A stretch of DNA of 56,467 nucleotides, taken from assembly GCA_964448605.1 (NCBI GenBank), contig CAYUZV010000007.1:3765-60231 (forward strand). The letters are read 5' to 3'. Made by a program: the position numbers and the translations under genes. Positions within the stretch are counted from its first letter, which is position 1. Each line of letters begins with the position of its first letter. Origin of the DNA: Candidatus Woesearchaeota archaeon. GTDB lineage: Archaea; Nanobdellota; Nanobdellia; Pacearchaeales; GW2011-AR1. Shown piece by piece: positions 40,187 to 49,690 of this stretch. The notes under the pieces are model-generated. The model did no database searches and was not told the DNA's origin. It worked only from the letters and a program-made list of their open reading frames with translations.

Positions 40187-43100
40187 ATGGCTTATAAAAA
40201 ATATATAACTGTGAATGGAAAGAAGTATGGACCTTATTATTATCAGTCTTATAGGGATGAGAGTGGTAAAGTTAGAAAGAGGTATGTGAAGGAAGAGGAT
40301 TATTTGAAAGGGTTGGAGGAGAATAAAAAGGGAGGGGTTCCATGGGGGTTGGTTTTTATTATTTTGAGTTTGTTTTTTATTGGTTTTTTTATTGTTTTTG
40401 GTATTTTTTATATTATGAAGCCTGTTGTTTTATTAGGTCCTGATTGGTATATTGGTAATTATGATTGGGAAAAATTGGAGTATGTTTATGGAAAAAGCCA
40501 TGATGTTGAAGCTGATTCTAATGGTGATGTTTATATTGTTGGAGGGAAGTATGCTTATGCAGATTATGCTTATATTTTTAAAAGAGATGATGTTGATGGA
40601 GAGATAATTTGGGAGTATTTTATTGAGGGAGATGAATATTATGGAGGAGAATCAATTACAAAATCTCTTGTAATTAAAGGAGATTATCTTTATACTATTT
40701 CAGATTATTATGCTTCTGATATATTGGTTCATAAGTTTGATTTAGATGGAAGTGGAACTCATGATTATGTTTGGGAAAAGGAGTATAATGTTGCTGATAC
40801 TCTTTCATCTTTGGATATTGCTCTTGATAGTAGTGATAATATTTTTGTGAGTTTTAGAAAAAGGACTGGTGATAAAGAGAGTTTTCTTATGAAATATGAT
40901 AATAGTGGTAATGAATTATGGGAGGGTGCTAAGGAGATTGTTGATGGAAGTGGAATTTCAAATGGCAGTGCAGAAAGTATTTTTGTTAAAGGTTCTGATT
41001 TGTATATTTGCGGTATGTGTCCTATGGAGTCGTGTTATGCAGAAGGGTGTGGTGCTTATAATTCAAAGAGTTTTAATCATAATTTTTGTATTTTGAAATA
41101 TGATTTAGATGGTAATAGAATTTGGAAAAAATCTTATGAAACTGATTATTCTGGAGGATGCAGAGATTTGATTGTTAGTGATAATTATATTTATGCAGGA
41201 GGTTATATTGATTTAGATATTCGGGAAGGTTATCAGTATGTGGATTTTAGAGGTTATTTTTTTAAGAGTGATTTAGATGGTAGTTTAGTTTGGGATTTGC
41301 AGACTGATTATTCAGGAGATATTATTGAAGATATTGATGTTTATTCTGAAGGTGAGGGAGTTTATATTGCAGGACATGGGTATGATAATGTTGGAGGTTT
41401 TAATAAAGGATTTGTTAAGAAATATGAGGATGATGGAAGTGGTGTGATATGGACTACAAACCCTATTAATACAGGTGATTACCAATTTTATGCTTTGGAT
41501 ATTTTTAATCCTGATGTTTTTTATATTGGAGGAGAGGTTTACAAAGATAAAAATGATGGTTTTGGTGCTCAGTATTATAGTCTTAGTTCAAGATATAGTG
41601 TTCCAGATAAACCTTCTGTTTGTCCTACTTCTCAGGATAATTGGGTTGTTGATAGTGATTTTGTTTTGGATTATAGTGTTGAGTGCAATACAATTACAAT
41701 TAATGAGGGTGTTACTTTAACTATTGATAATAGTGGTGAACAAGTTAGTGTTGATGCAAGTAATTTGGAGGTTTATGGGAAGATTGAGCATGTTGCGAAT
41801 GTTGATTCTAAGGTTCATTGGATTGATTTGATTGTTGGCAATTTGAATATTTATGGAAGTGGGAGTATTGATGCAAGTGGGAAAGGTCGCAGTGGAGGGA
41901 GTGGTTATGGGCTTCCGGGTGATGTTTCAGGGGGTGCTGGGCATGGTGGGCAGGGTAGTGCTGGTGATTGCGGAGGTATTCCTGGTTCTGCTTATGATGA
42001 TTTGGTTTATCCTAAAGATTTAGGTTCTTCTCATTATTCTTCAAGCACTGATTATGGAGAAGGAGGTGGTTTGATTTTTATAAATGCAAATAATATTGAT
42101 TTGAAAGAAGGTTCATTTATTAGTGTTGATGGAAGAGATGGTTCTGATTCTGAAGAGTCTGGAGGAGGGAGTGGTGGAAGTATATTTATTAATACAAGCA
42201 CAATGACTGGGATTGGAAGTATTTTTGCAAGAGGGGCTGAGGGGGGTGATGCTGGGTGCGGGGGTGGAGGTGGTGCTGGTGGAAGAGTTTCAATTTATAC
42301 TGAAATTGATGATTATGAAGGTAATGTGGATGTTTCTGGAGGATTATTAACTGGAACTCCTGCAGAAGATGGAAGTTTTTTTGAGTGTGATAGTGTGGTT
42401 GGTGTTTCTTGTTATTCAGATGTTAGCACTTATGGAGGGAAAAGTGTTGTTACAGAAGGTTCGGGTGTTAAATTAGTTAGTGAGTATTCTGATGATACTG
42501 CTATTAATATCACAAAAAATTTCTCTGAAGTTTGGAGCAAGGATAGAATTGAATTTAGAGAAGAATCAAGTGATGATGGTTGTGTTGGATATTATAATAT
42601 TGAAGGACTTTATCCTGAATATTATTATGATGTTTGGGATAATGGTGTTAAGATTAAGGATGATGAAGAGACAGATGTTAATGGAGTTTTGCCTCAATTT
42701 GAGATTGCATTGAGTTCTCCTCATGATATAATTATTCAAGAGAATGGGCCTGTAGGAGATGATCCTCCTAATGTGGTTATTGTTGATGAGACAATGGATA
42801 TAGTTGTTGATGATGAGGTTATTTTTAGTGAACTTGAAGAAGGTTTTTGTTATGAGTCAGGGATTGATTCTACTGCTGAACAAAATAGTCAGCATCCTGT
42901 TAGTTTTTTAATTAGAAATGATGGAACTGTTGATGCTGATGTTTCAGTTTATATGAGTGATGGGACAGGTTATGAGGGAGGTTTGTTTGGTGAGCCAGGT
43001 AATCCTCCTTATTTGGATAGTAGTATTAAGTTTTCAATTCATGATGTTTATGAGGATAATCCTGTTAGTGGATATGAAAATGTTGGGCAAAATTGCTTTG

Positions 43101-43339
43101 GTAGAGGTATTTTATGTTATGTTGATAGCCCCTGTAAATATGATTTAGGAGGATGGTGTGAAATTCCTTTGGATATAGAAGGGCATGCACTTGCTATTGA
43201 AGGGTTGAAAGATGATGCTGGAAGTGGGTTGAATGAAGCTGTGATGCATATTCAGGTTTGTATTGGAAATGGAGAGTTTACAAATTATGGTGTTGATAGA
43301 AGTGTGATGATTACTATTGAAGGTGCTCCTGTTGTTTAA
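40187..43339 (+). CDS. Large membrane-anchored surface protein (basic N-terminal module, TM, beta-propeller-like repeats, Gly-rich repeats)
   Basis: KKYGPYYYQSYRDESGKVRKRY, TM helix, repeated KYD..GN..W / D...YI.G blades, GAGHGG and GGGSGGSI repeats. Confidence 0.85.
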   Translation: MAYKKYITVNGKKYGPYYYQSYRDESGKVRKRYVKEEDYLKGLEENKKGGVPWGLVFIILSLFFIGFFIVFGIFYIMKPVVLLGPDWYIGNYDWEKLEYVYGKSHDVEADSNGDVYIVGGKYAYADYAYIFKRDDVDGEIIWEYFIEGDEYYGGESITKSLVIKGDYLYTISDYYASDILVHKFDLDGSGTHDYVWEKEYNVADTLSSLDIALDSSDNIFVSFRKRTGDKESFLMKYDNSGNELWEGAKEIVDGSGISNGSAESIFVKGSDLYICGMCPMESCYAEGCGAYNSKSFNHNFCILKYDLDGNRIWKKSYETDYSGGCRDLIVSDNYIYAGGYIDLDIREGYQYVDFRGYFFKSDLDGSLVWDLQTDYSGDIIEDIDVYSEGEGVYIAGHGYDNVGGFNKGFVKKYEDDGSGVIWTTNPINTGDYQFYALDIFNPDVFYIGGEVYKDKNDGFGAQYYSLSSRYSVPDKPSVCPTSQDNWVVDSDFVLDYSVECNTITINEGVTLTIDNSGEQVSVDASNLEVYGKIEHVANVDSKVHWIDLIVGNLNIYGSGSIDASGKGRSGGSGYGLPGDVSGGAGHGGQGSAGDCGGIPGSAYDDLVYPKDLGSSHYSSSTDYGEGGGLIFINANNIDLKEGSFISVDGRDGSDSEESGGGSGGSIFINTSTMTGIGSIFARGAEGGDAGCGGGGGAGGRVSIYTEIDDYEGNVDVSGGLLTGTPAEDGSFFECDSVVGVSCYSDVSTYGGKSVVTEGSGVKLVSEYSDDTAINITKNFSEVWSKDRIEFREESSDDGCVGYYNIEGLYPEYYYDVWDNGVKIKDDEETDVNGVLPQFEIALSSPHDIIIQENGPVGDDPPNVVIVDETMDIVVDDEVIFSELEEGFCYESGIDSTAEQNSQHPVSFLIRNDGTVDADVSVYMSDGTGYEGGLFGEPGNPPYLDSSIKFSIHDVYEDNPVSGYENVGQNCFGRGILCYVDSPCKYDLGGWCEIPLDIEGHALAIEGLKDDAGSGLNEAVMHIQVCIGNGEFTNYGVDRSVMITIEGAPVV

Positions 43340-44472
43340 GGTATGAATATTTCAAAAATTATTCCAAGTATGAAAATACTGCTTAAGATTATGATTATTA
43401 ACCAGTTTATTGGCATTGAGTATTCTGGTTTTCGGTTTCCTTTTTGTTTTGATTTTTTGTTGATTATGAAAACCATTATTCCTTTTAATCCTCCTGCAAT
43501 TACTCCTCCGATTCCGAGGACAGATATGAAATTAAGGTAATTGAAGAAATAGAGAATTAGGTAAAATATTATTGGAAGAATTGATACAAGAATAAAATTC
43601 CAGAGTTTTGAGTATTTGAAGTCAAAAGTTAGGGCATCTTTTAGAGAGAAACTTAGAACAAAGTAACTTGTGAGCATTGTGAAGATTCCGAGAGTTGTTA
43701 CAAGTTTGCCGAAGCTGATTGTTGCGATTTCAGGAACATTTTTTCCAAGAACACCTACAAAAATAAAACTGAAAATTGCATAAACAATTATTGGAATAAG
43801 GATTCCTAAGATTATTGATTTTTTTAGTTTTTCTTCTTTTCCTTTTATTTCCATTCTTAGTTCTGGAATGCTTGTGAATCCCATCATTGCAAAGAGGACG
43901 ACTCCGAAAGGAAGGAAGAAGTTTGAGGGGTTGTTGTAAGAGTAGTTTGCATAGTTTATGTCTGGAAAGTGCCAGGTGAATATTATTAGGACAAGTATGA
44001 TTATGAATCCAACTCCCCATGTTTCTATTTTTTTTAATCCTCTTAATCCTTCTCTTAGAAGGAGAGTCATTAAAAGCCAGAATGTGATTGCGAAATGGAA
44101 AGAGTAATTTTTTGCACCTGTGAAAAGGACTGATAAACTTTCTCCTTCTCCGATTAGATATGCGATTAGTGCAGAGTAAATTCCGAAGGATAGAAGGAGT
44201 GTCATTATGATTTCGCCTTTTTTTCCAAGGTATTTTTTTGCATATCCTGGAAGATGGTGATTTCCTTTTGTTCTTAAACTTATTTCACCTAAACATAGAA
44301 GTGTATACATCATTATTGTTCCTAATATTATTAGCCAGAATAAACCAATTGAAAATCCTGATTTTGAGAAAACATAAGGAAGTCCGAGGACACCTGCACC
44401 TATGATAGTTCCTGTTAGTGTGAATGTTGTTGCCCAGAATTTTGAATCCATTTTCACCTCTGATGGATACAA
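43336..44472 (-). CDS. Aromatic amino acid permease family transporter
   Basis: GTIIGAGVLGLP signature and about 11 TM helices. Start may be MDSKF. Confidence 0.88.
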   Translation of the reverse strand: MYPSEVKMDSKFWATTFTLTGTIIGAGVLGLPYVFSKSGFSIGLFWLIILGTIMMYTLLCLGEISLRTKGNHHLPGYAKKYLGKKGEIIMTLLLSFGIYSALIAYLIGEGESLSVLFTGAKNYSFHFAITFWLLMTLLLREGLRGLKKIETWGVGFIIILVLIIFTWHFPDINYANYSYNNPSNFFLPFGVVLFAMMGFTSIPELRMEIKGKEEKLKKSIILGILIPIIVYAIFSFIFVGVLGKNVPEIATISFGKLVTTLGIFTMLTSYFVLSFSLKDALTFDFKYSKLWNFILVSILPIIFYLILYFFNYLNFISVLGIGGVIAGGLKGIMVFIINKKSKQKGNRKPEYSMPINWLIIIILSSIFILGIIFEIFIP

Positions 44473-44513
44473 ACAATAAAGATTTAAATACCTTTTTCTT
44501 TAGTATTCTTAGT

Positions 44514-44585
44514 GGGCCTGTAGTTCAATGGATAGAATATCCGGGTTCGGTCCGGCTGATCTAGGTTCGAATCCTAGCAGGCTCA
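44514..44585 (+). tRNA. tRNA-Arg (anticodon TCG), CCA not encoded
   Basis: Acceptor GGGCCTG/CAGGCTC-A; D arm GTTC-AATGGATA-GAAT with A20; anticodon arm TCCGG-GTTCGGT-CCGGC; T arm CTAGG-TTCGAAT-CCTAG; TTTAAATA about 25 nt upstream. Confidence 0.92.
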
Positions 44586-44595
44586 TCGGATTGAT

Positions 44596-44979
44596 TTACT
44601 TTTTTTTACGAGGTGTTTTTTTTGGAGAAGTTTTTGTTTTTCCGTTTCTTGGATAATGGTCATTAAATTTTCTTTTTTCAGAATTCCAGGGTATTGATTT
44701 TTTTTCATAACCTGTTATTCTTTTTATATCGTCTTTTAATGCTTTTTTAATTTCAACTTTATCGCTTTTTGGACAGTTTTCAGCAAATTGGATATATCCC
44801 CAAGAACCATTTCTGCAGATATGTCCTATTTCAGGGCTGTATCTGATTCTTCTTCGAATTTCGTATTTATTCCCTTTAAAATCAGGATTAGTAAATTCAG
44901 GTGTGTAATAGTTATACATGTGAATTAATGAGATTGCTGTGTCAAAAGGTATTTCAAGGTTTATTTTTTCAAGTGCCAT
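44596..44979 (-). CDS. Hypothetical protein
   Basis: 127-aa ORF convergent on the tRNA, with TTTATAA upstream. Confidence 0.6.
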   Translation of the reverse strand: MALEKINLEIPFDTAISLIHMYNYYTPEFTNPDFKGNKYEIRRRIRYSPEIGHICRNGSWGYIQFAENCPKSDKVEIKKALKDDIKRITGYEKKSIPWNSEKRKFNDHYPRNGKTKTSPKKTPRKKK

Positions 44980-45037
44980 TTAATTTTTGAAAATTGGAGT
45001 TTATAAAGATTGCGGGGTTTTTGGCTACAGTGTTTTT

Positions 45038-45163
45038 AGCTACATCCCAAGTTTTTTTTATTTTGCTGTTTTTAATCTTCACTTTATTATATTTAACCCA
45101 CCCTCCCACCCAAGATAGTGGGAAGATTAAAAACTCTGTTGAAATTTAATTTGGGATGTAGCT
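45038..45163. repeat. Repeat family D, copy 1 (MITE-like nested inverted repeat, 126 bp)
   Basis: Terminal IR AGCTACATCCCAA/TTGGGATGTAGCT and inner IR GTTTTTAATCTTC/GAAGATTAAAAAC. Near-identical to 49284-49408. Confidence 0.9.
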
Positions 45164-45166
45164 GGT

Positions 45167-45331
45167 TTTGTTGAAAATCTTTTTAAAATGCAATGGAAGA
45201 GAGTTATCCCCTCCTAACTCCTAGGCCTGCTCGTTTTTGAAGGTAATTTCTCTCGCAAACTTACTCGCCCTCCCTTCGGGTGATTTTAGTAACTCTCTCG
45301 TCCATTGTTTTAATTTGACTTTTTCAACAAA
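45167..45331. ncRNA. Candidate structured RNA / long hairpin element upstream of proS
   Basis: Nested IRs TTTGTTGAAAA/TTTTCAACAAA, CAATGGA/TCCATTG and AGAGAGTTA/TAACTCTCT around a GC-enriched core. Confidence 0.45.
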
Positions 45332-45421
45332 GTAGGGTTTTGGAGTTTGTTTTGGATTTGGTGTTTTTTAATAAATTTAGCATCTGCTAAGATTTATAAA
45401 ATAGGAGTTCTTGATTATTTT

Positions 45422-46855
45422 ATGAAAAATCAAAAAGGAATTACTGCTGAAAAAGATGAGTTTTCAGATTGGTATGTTCAGTTGCTTAAAAAGGCAGAGT
45501 TGATTGAATATACGAGTGTTTCAGGTGCTTATATTTTGAGACCTCGGGCTTTTTTTATTTGGGAGAGGGTTAAAGATTATTTTGATGATTTGATAAAGGA
45601 AGATGGTGTTAGGAATGTTTGTTTTCCTCTTTTGATTCCAAAGTCTAATTTAGTTAAAGAGCAGGAGCATGTTGAGGGTTTTACTCCAGAGGTTGCGTGG
45701 GTTACTAAATCAGGAAATAGTAAACTTGAAGAGCCATTGGCAATTCGTCCTACTTCTGAAACTATTTTTTATCCTGCATATTCAAAATGGATTCGTTCGT
45801 GGAGAGATTTGCCTTTGAGGTTTAATCAATGGGTTAATGTTGTTAGATGGGAGTTTAAAAATCCTGTTCCATTTATTCGTTCAAGGGAGTTTCTTTGGCA
45901 AGAGGGACATTCGGTTTTTGAGAGCAAGGAGGAGGCAGATGAGGAAGTTAAGAAAATTCTTGATTTTTATGAAAAGACATATAAGGAAATGTATGCGATT
46001 CCTGTGATAAAGGGTAGGAAGACTGATAAGGAGAAATTTGCAGGAGGGGATTATACTTTGACAACTGAGATTTTTTTGCCTTCTGGAAAAGCTGTGCAAG
46101 GTGCGACTTCGCATTTGCTTGGGCAGAGTTTTGCAAAAGCATTTGATATAAAGTTTTTAGATAGAAAAGAAAAATCTAAATTGCCTTGGCAGACTTCGTG
46201 GGGAATTTCAACAAGAAGTATTGGAATTGCAATAATGATGCATTCTGATGATAAGGGTTTGGTTTTGTCTCCGAAGGTTTCAGAGATTCAGGTTATGATT
46301 GTTCCTATTTTTGATAAGAAAAATAAATCTTCTGTTTTGAAAAAAGCAGAGGAGTTAAAGAATGAACTTTCTGATTTTAGAGTTGATGTTGATTTGAGAG
46401 AGGAGCAGTCACCTGGTTATAAGTTTAATGAATGGGAGATGAAGGGTATTCCTTTAAGAATTGAAATTGGACCAAGAGATATTAAGAAAAATCAGGTTGT
46501 TTTTTCAAGAAGGGATAATTTTGAGAAAAAAGATGTTAAGATTAAAGAGGTTAGGAAAGAGGTTGGGAAAGTTCTTAAGTTAATTCATAATGATTTGTAT
46601 AAAAAATCTGAAAAATATTTAAAGGATAATACTGTTGAGGTTAAGGATATGGAGGGATTGGATAAGGGGATTAAGGAAAAGAAGCTTGTTAGGGCTTGTT
46701 GGGATGGTGAGCAGGATTCAGAGGATTGGATTAAGGAGAAAACTGGAGGGGCTAAGATTTTGTGTGTTTCTGATGAAAAGCCTAATTCTTCTGATAAATG
46801 TGTTTATTCTGGAAAAAAGGCAAGGTATGTTGTTTATATTGCTAAATCATATTAA
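45422..46855 (+). CDS. proS: Proline--tRNA ligase (archaeal/eukaryotic type)
   Basis: HVEGFTPEVAWV, RPTSET, VVRWE, REFLWQEGH, QGATSH.LGQ, SWG.STR, C-terminal AKSY. Confidence 0.97.
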   Translation: MKNQKGITAEKDEFSDWYVQLLKKAELIEYTSVSGAYILRPRAFFIWERVKDYFDDLIKEDGVRNVCFPLLIPKSNLVKEQEHVEGFTPEVAWVTKSGNSKLEEPLAIRPTSETIFYPAYSKWIRSWRDLPLRFNQWVNVVRWEFKNPVPFIRSREFLWQEGHSVFESKEEADEEVKKILDFYEKTYKEMYAIPVIKGRKTDKEKFAGGDYTLTTEIFLPSGKAVQGATSHLLGQSFAKAFDIKFLDRKEKSKLPWQTSWGISTRSIGIAIMMHSDDKGLVLSPKVSEIQVMIVPIFDKKNKSSVLKKAEELKNELSDFRVDVDLREEQSPGYKFNEWEMKGIPLRIEIGPRDIKKNQVVFSRRDNFEKKDVKIKEVRKEVGKVLKLIHNDLYKKSEKYLKDNTVEVKDMEGLDKGIKEKKLVRACWDGEQDSEDWIKEKTGGAKILCVSDEKPNSSDKCVYSGKKARYVVYIAKSY

Positions 46856-46953
46856 GGTTTATAAAATTTGTTTTTGTGATATTTTGTTACCTTAATTTGT
46901 CTTTTCAATCTGAGTATTTCATAAAATCTTTATTTGGTGAGAAAAATTAGGGA

Positions 46954-47802
46954 TTAATCTAATTCACTATCGCAGGTTACTTTTGTTTCTTCTTCTTTAG
47001 TTCTTCTTAAATCAGACATCTTTTCTATTTCATCTTCGGTAAAATCCTTGAGATTTATAAAAAAATCTGCAGAGTTCATTAACTCTTTAGAAATAGAGCA
47101 ATTCTTAGGATTAGATTCATCATAATATGCAACTAAAACAACTATTTTTCCCAAACCATTTTTAACTAACTTTATTGATTCTATTAAATCTGTATCTCCT
47201 CCAAGTAATAAAGCAATATCATAAGCATTAACATTGGCTAAGTGGATTAAATCTGTAGCTAATTGAACATCTACCCCTTTTTGAAAAATAATTCCATTAG
47301 CATGTTTTAAGGGAGTGGTCCTATATTCCGTAAAAGGTATTTTATCCAAATTATCAAAAAACTTTTTTTGTCCATCAGAATTTCTTTTTTGTTTACTAAC
47401 ATTTCTTAATAATTGTTCTTTCTTTCTGCAAAAAATTTCTTTTATGCCTTTTACATGTTCCTTCAATTTATTTTTTATCTCTCCCATATTTTCATCTCCA
47501 TCAATTTCATTCAATAAACTTTCTTCTTCTGTTATAATTTCATCAATTTGTTCAATCTCCTTTTTACAGTATTTTTTATGTTTTTTCAATATTTTAGAAT
47601 TATATTGACCTGTATAGATATAGGACCTTATTAATTTTAGTTCTTCTGGTTTCCAAGAAAAAACTTCCCCTAATTTTTCAAAAAGAAATGAGTGACAATC
47701 TTCTATCTTCCAAAATCTCTTTTTGCCTTTCCCTAACTTTCTATTAACTAAATTCAAAGAACCATCAAGATTATTCTTATCATTAAAAATAATTATCCTC
47801 AT
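46954..47802 (-). CDS. NYN (LabA/DUF88, PIN-like) domain protein with coiled-coil insertion
   Basis: IFND.NN, QKGVDVQLATD, GGDTDL, L..SADFFINL. Confidence 0.88.
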   Translation of the reverse strand: MRIIIFNDKNNLDGSLNLVNRKLGKGKKRFWKIEDCHSFLFEKLGEVFSWKPEELKLIRSYIYTGQYNSKILKKHKKYCKKEIEQIDEIITEEESLLNEIDGDENMGEIKNKLKEHVKGIKEIFCRKKEQLLRNVSKQKRNSDGQKKFFDNLDKIPFTEYRTTPLKHANGIIFQKGVDVQLATDLIHLANVNAYDIALLLGGDTDLIESIKLVKNGLGKIVVLVAYYDESNPKNCSISKELMNSADFFINLKDFTEDEIEKMSDLRRTKEEETKVTCDSELD

Positions 47803-47811
47803 TTTATAAGA

Positions 47812-47843
47812 AGCAAGAGCTCTCCATGACAGAGAGTCTTGCT
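47812..47843 (-). promoter_or_regulatory. GC-rich 5'-UTR hairpin of the NYN gene
   Basis: + strand AGCAAGA(G)CTCTC-CATGACA-GAGAGTCTTGCT, 9 nt from the ATG. Minus-strand TTTATAAA near 47880-47887. Confidence 0.55.
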
Positions 47844-48056
47844 CCCTGTATTCGTATTAATATTAATAAAGCATTTACCTTTATAAATATTTCTATATTC
47901 AATTTTTTTGATTTTATCGTCGATAAAAGTATTTTTAAATCAAAAAATATTAATAATATTTCGAAATTTTTCTGAAGTTATGGACATGTGCGACCATTAG
48001 ACAGTCGCAAGTAGTTTACATTCAAATTTTAAGAAGCTAAAGCTAATATAAAATTA

Positions 48057-48172
48057 TTATGTCAAGAATTTAAAACTCTGCACTTTAGTGCATGGAATTC
48101 TTGAACATCCTAAAAACAAGGACCTGTCACAAACTTCACCTTTTAAGGTGAAGTGGCCCATTGTTTTTTGAT
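48057..48172. repeat. Dispersed palindromic repeat family B, copy 2
   Basis: Same frame as 26413-26529, with hairpins TGCACTTTAGTGCA and ACTTCACCTTTTAAGGTGAAGT. Confidence 0.88.
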
Positions 48173-48255
48173 ATTATAGTGTCTGATAATATCACGAGAT
48201 ATGTAGTAAATGTCTAAGAATTCTTGAGTATGAATAGCAGATGATTGTTAGATTG

Positions 48256-49239
48256 TTAAACAAAACATTTTCCTACGATTAAAGGGAAAAGTATTGTGGC
48301 ATCTCCGAAGACTTTGATTGATTCGCCTTTTTTTAGTTTTCCCCAGGATACTGCTTCATCTGGGCGGGCATTTGAATCTGCACCATCCCATTCTTGTCCT
48401 GTGTTAATGTAGACAGAGTATTCTGCTCCGTTTCGCATCATGTTTGAGTTTAGAATGTGGTGTTTCATTATTCCTCCTCCTAAAAGAATTATTCCTGTTT
48501 TTTTTCTTGTTATTGTGTATTCATTTAGTTTATGAATGTCTGAAGCAATGTCAAGTTTGAAGTCAGGATGATTGTATTGGAAAAAGTGGATTGCATCGCC
48601 TAATGCTCCGTCTGTGATTGCAGGGCAGTAGACATTAATTTCATTTTTGTAACACCAGTAGTAGATGCTTTCTTTATTGTTTATTTCTTTTCCCATTAGT
48701 TTGATTAGTTCTGTTGTTGATGTGATTTTTCCTGTTTCTTTTTGCTGTTTGTAGATTTTTTCTAAAATAGGTATTATGAATTCTTCAAATTTACAGTATC
48801 TTGAGTTTGGTATGAAAATGTTTCCGGTTCTATTTACTCCTTTTTTTCTTAGTAGTTCGCCTGATTCTGAAAATTTTCCGAGTTTGAAGTTTCCAAAGCA
48901 TTTGATAAAGTCTTCTTCAATTCCTCCTGCTGTTGTGACTATTGTGTTTATTTTTTTGTGTTTTGCAAGGTATTTGAAAATGTCTCTTAAACCAGAGGTG
49001 ACCAGGTTTGAGGTGTAGCCAAGAAATATTGTGACTTTTTCCTGGTTCATTTTTTTTATTATTTCAATTGCTTTTGCAAAATGAGTTGCCTGAAAACCAG
49101 TTGTGAGGTAACTGTTGATTAGTTCTTCATAGTTTAAACCTAAATCAAAGTCATAACCTTTTATGTTTTCTCCTTCAATTTCCTCTGATTCAAATAAAAC
49201 ATTTTTTCTTCCTGTTTCTTCAATTTCTTGTTTTTCCAT
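48256..49239 (-). CDS. dys: Deoxyhypusine synthase
   Basis: TGFQA, GYTSNL.TSG, TAGGIEED, DGALG, GGG..KH, EAVSWGK, GDATI.FP. Confidence 0.96.
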   Translation of the reverse strand: MEKQEIEETGRKNVLFESEEIEGENIKGYDFDLGLNYEELINSYLTTGFQATHFAKAIEIIKKMNQEKVTIFLGYTSNLVTSGLRDIFKYLAKHKKINTIVTTAGGIEEDFIKCFGNFKLGKFSESGELLRKKGVNRTGNIFIPNSRYCKFEEFIIPILEKIYKQQKETGKITSTTELIKLMGKEINNKESIYYWCYKNEINVYCPAITDGALGDAIHFFQYNHPDFKLDIASDIHKLNEYTITRKKTGIILLGGGIMKHHILNSNMMRNGAEYSVYINTGQEWDGADSNARPDEAVSWGKLKKGESIKVFGDATILFPLIVGKCFV

Positions 49240-49283
49240 TTTAAGTGTTTTTTTTGAGGATATTTAAAATTTTTGGGTTATGG

Positions 49284-49408
49284 GACTACATCTCAAGTTT
49301 TTTTATTTTGCTGTTTTTAATCTTCACTTTATTATATTTAACCCACCCTCCCACCCAAGATAGTGGGAAGATTAAAAACTCTGTTGAAATTTAATTTGGG
49401 ATGTAGTC
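49284..49408. repeat. Repeat family D, copy 2 (125 bp)
   Basis: Terminal IR GACTACATCTCAA/TTGGGATGTAGTC; interior nearly identical to copy 1. Confidence 0.9.
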
Positions 49409-49462
49409 GGGTTATAGGGCTTTGTTGAAAATCTTTTTAAAATGTAAGTACTTGTAAGTACT

Positions 49463-49690
49463 ATGAGCGATAGAAAACATATAAAAAAATTGAGAGAGAA
49501 GAGGGTTGAGTCTATTGGGAAACAGGTTGACAGGTATGAGGAAAAGATTATGAGCGAGAAAGGTAGGTTGGATACTACTAAGGATTACTGGAAAAAGGAA
49601 ATTGATGAGAAGTTTTTGAAACAAATTAAAGATGATGAAGATTATTTGAGTGGATTTAAGGAGGGAGAAGAAAATGAATGTTCAGATTAA
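49463..49690 (+). CDS. Small charged hypothetical protein
   Basis: 75 aa, overlapping the next gene. Confidence 0.7.
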   Translation: MSDRKHIKKLREKRVESIGKQVDRYEEKIMSEKGRLDTTKDYWKKEIDEKFLKQIKDDEDYLSGFKEGEENECSD

